Below are positions 63,329-64,000 of a stretch of DNA of 64,000 bases, one piece after another. The DNA comes from Hydrolagus affinis (lineage: Eukaryota), in assembly GCA_012026655.1 (NCBI GenBank), contig JAAILG010000161.1:62001-126000 (forward strand), given 5' to 3'. The notes beneath the pieces are model-generated. The model did not search any database. It was not told the DNA's origin and was given only the letters and a program-made list of their open reading frames with translations. The stretch's first letter is position 1. Each line of letters begins with the position of its first letter. The position numbers were made by a program, and so were the translations under genes.

Positions 63329-64000
63329 CAGTTTCCTTGCCTCAATATCTCCATTGAGAAGACCTGTGAGATGTATTTGTCCATTATTATTTGATTCTAT
63401 GATTCAAGGTTGTGATGGAAACTTAGTGCAACTCAATATAATCTACACAGAAAGGGAATTTACAAAGTAACTTAACCTATCCCGATAACAATTTATTATA
63501 TTTGACATGATGCTGGTGTGCTTTGAGAGGTCAAGGTTCACGTAACACTGCAAAATTTATTGTGGCAGAAACCATCAATTCATATCAGAGAGAATCTCGT
63601 TTAATTTAAAGCATGCGATAATCTGGGAATTGAGCCAGCCTGATCATTTGTTAACAGAAATAAAATAATGATAATCCTCCTTATTATGAGATGTTTCAAA
63701 GACGCGATAAGGCACTATATAAAATGCAAAGTTATTACAGTATTATGATTATATTTGGCATGTGCCGATTTTCAAATCCATTGGATGTCTCAAAGCACTT
63801 TACAGGATATATATATTATATAAAAATGAGTGGCTTTTACTTTGTGGACAATGTAGAGAATTGTTTCCCTATCATGAGCTACAATATTCAATATAATTGA
63901 TTAGGACCTACAAATAAAGATAGCATTTTTTTTAAATGATTACTTAAAAGAAATCTATCAAATAACTTAACTAAGGTCTAACATCTGTTCCTTTACAAAT

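Noticed and set aside
1-64000. CRISPR array, prokaryotic operon or defence system
   Set aside because: The sequence is spliced vertebrate DNA. The recurring motifs are dispersed SINE/LINE tails, not regularly spaced repeats with spacers.

Overview
This is eukaryotic, AT-rich vertebrate genomic DNA. The whole window lies inside one large + strand gene of the LRP1/LRP1B (LDL-receptor-related protein) family, with LRP1B the best single match. I traced 13 consecutive GT-AG coding exons from 4554 to 56180 (2,199 nt, 733 codons). They splice in frame with no stops and encode an EGF repeat, the eight complement-type (LDLa) repeats of ligand-binding cluster II (CR3-CR10), two EGF repeats and a YWTD beta-propeller, corresponding to about exons 15-27 of the mammalian genes. 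The introns are full of 5'-truncated L2 and CR1 LINE fragments and a tRNA-headed SINE family with an L2-type tail. They also hold older Deu-domain SINE relics, palindromic Penelope-type elements with hammerhead-ribozyme-like cores, a probable non-autonomous Helitron and a Tigger-like MITE. The repeat landscape suggests a cartilaginous fish, probably a chimaera such as Callorhinchus (inference). Most ORFs in the supplied track are spurious or LINE-derived. I see no convincing wholly new system. The best leads are (i) the mosaic LRP1/LRP1B protein, possibly a third paralogue, (ii) the hammerhead-like palindromic elements, (iii) recurrent tail-only retro-insertions truncated at an AAGCGCT palindrome, and (iv) inverted repeat pairs bracketing a symmetric two-exon block. 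Family assignments and human comparisons are from memory, not from searches; repeat boundaries are approximate.
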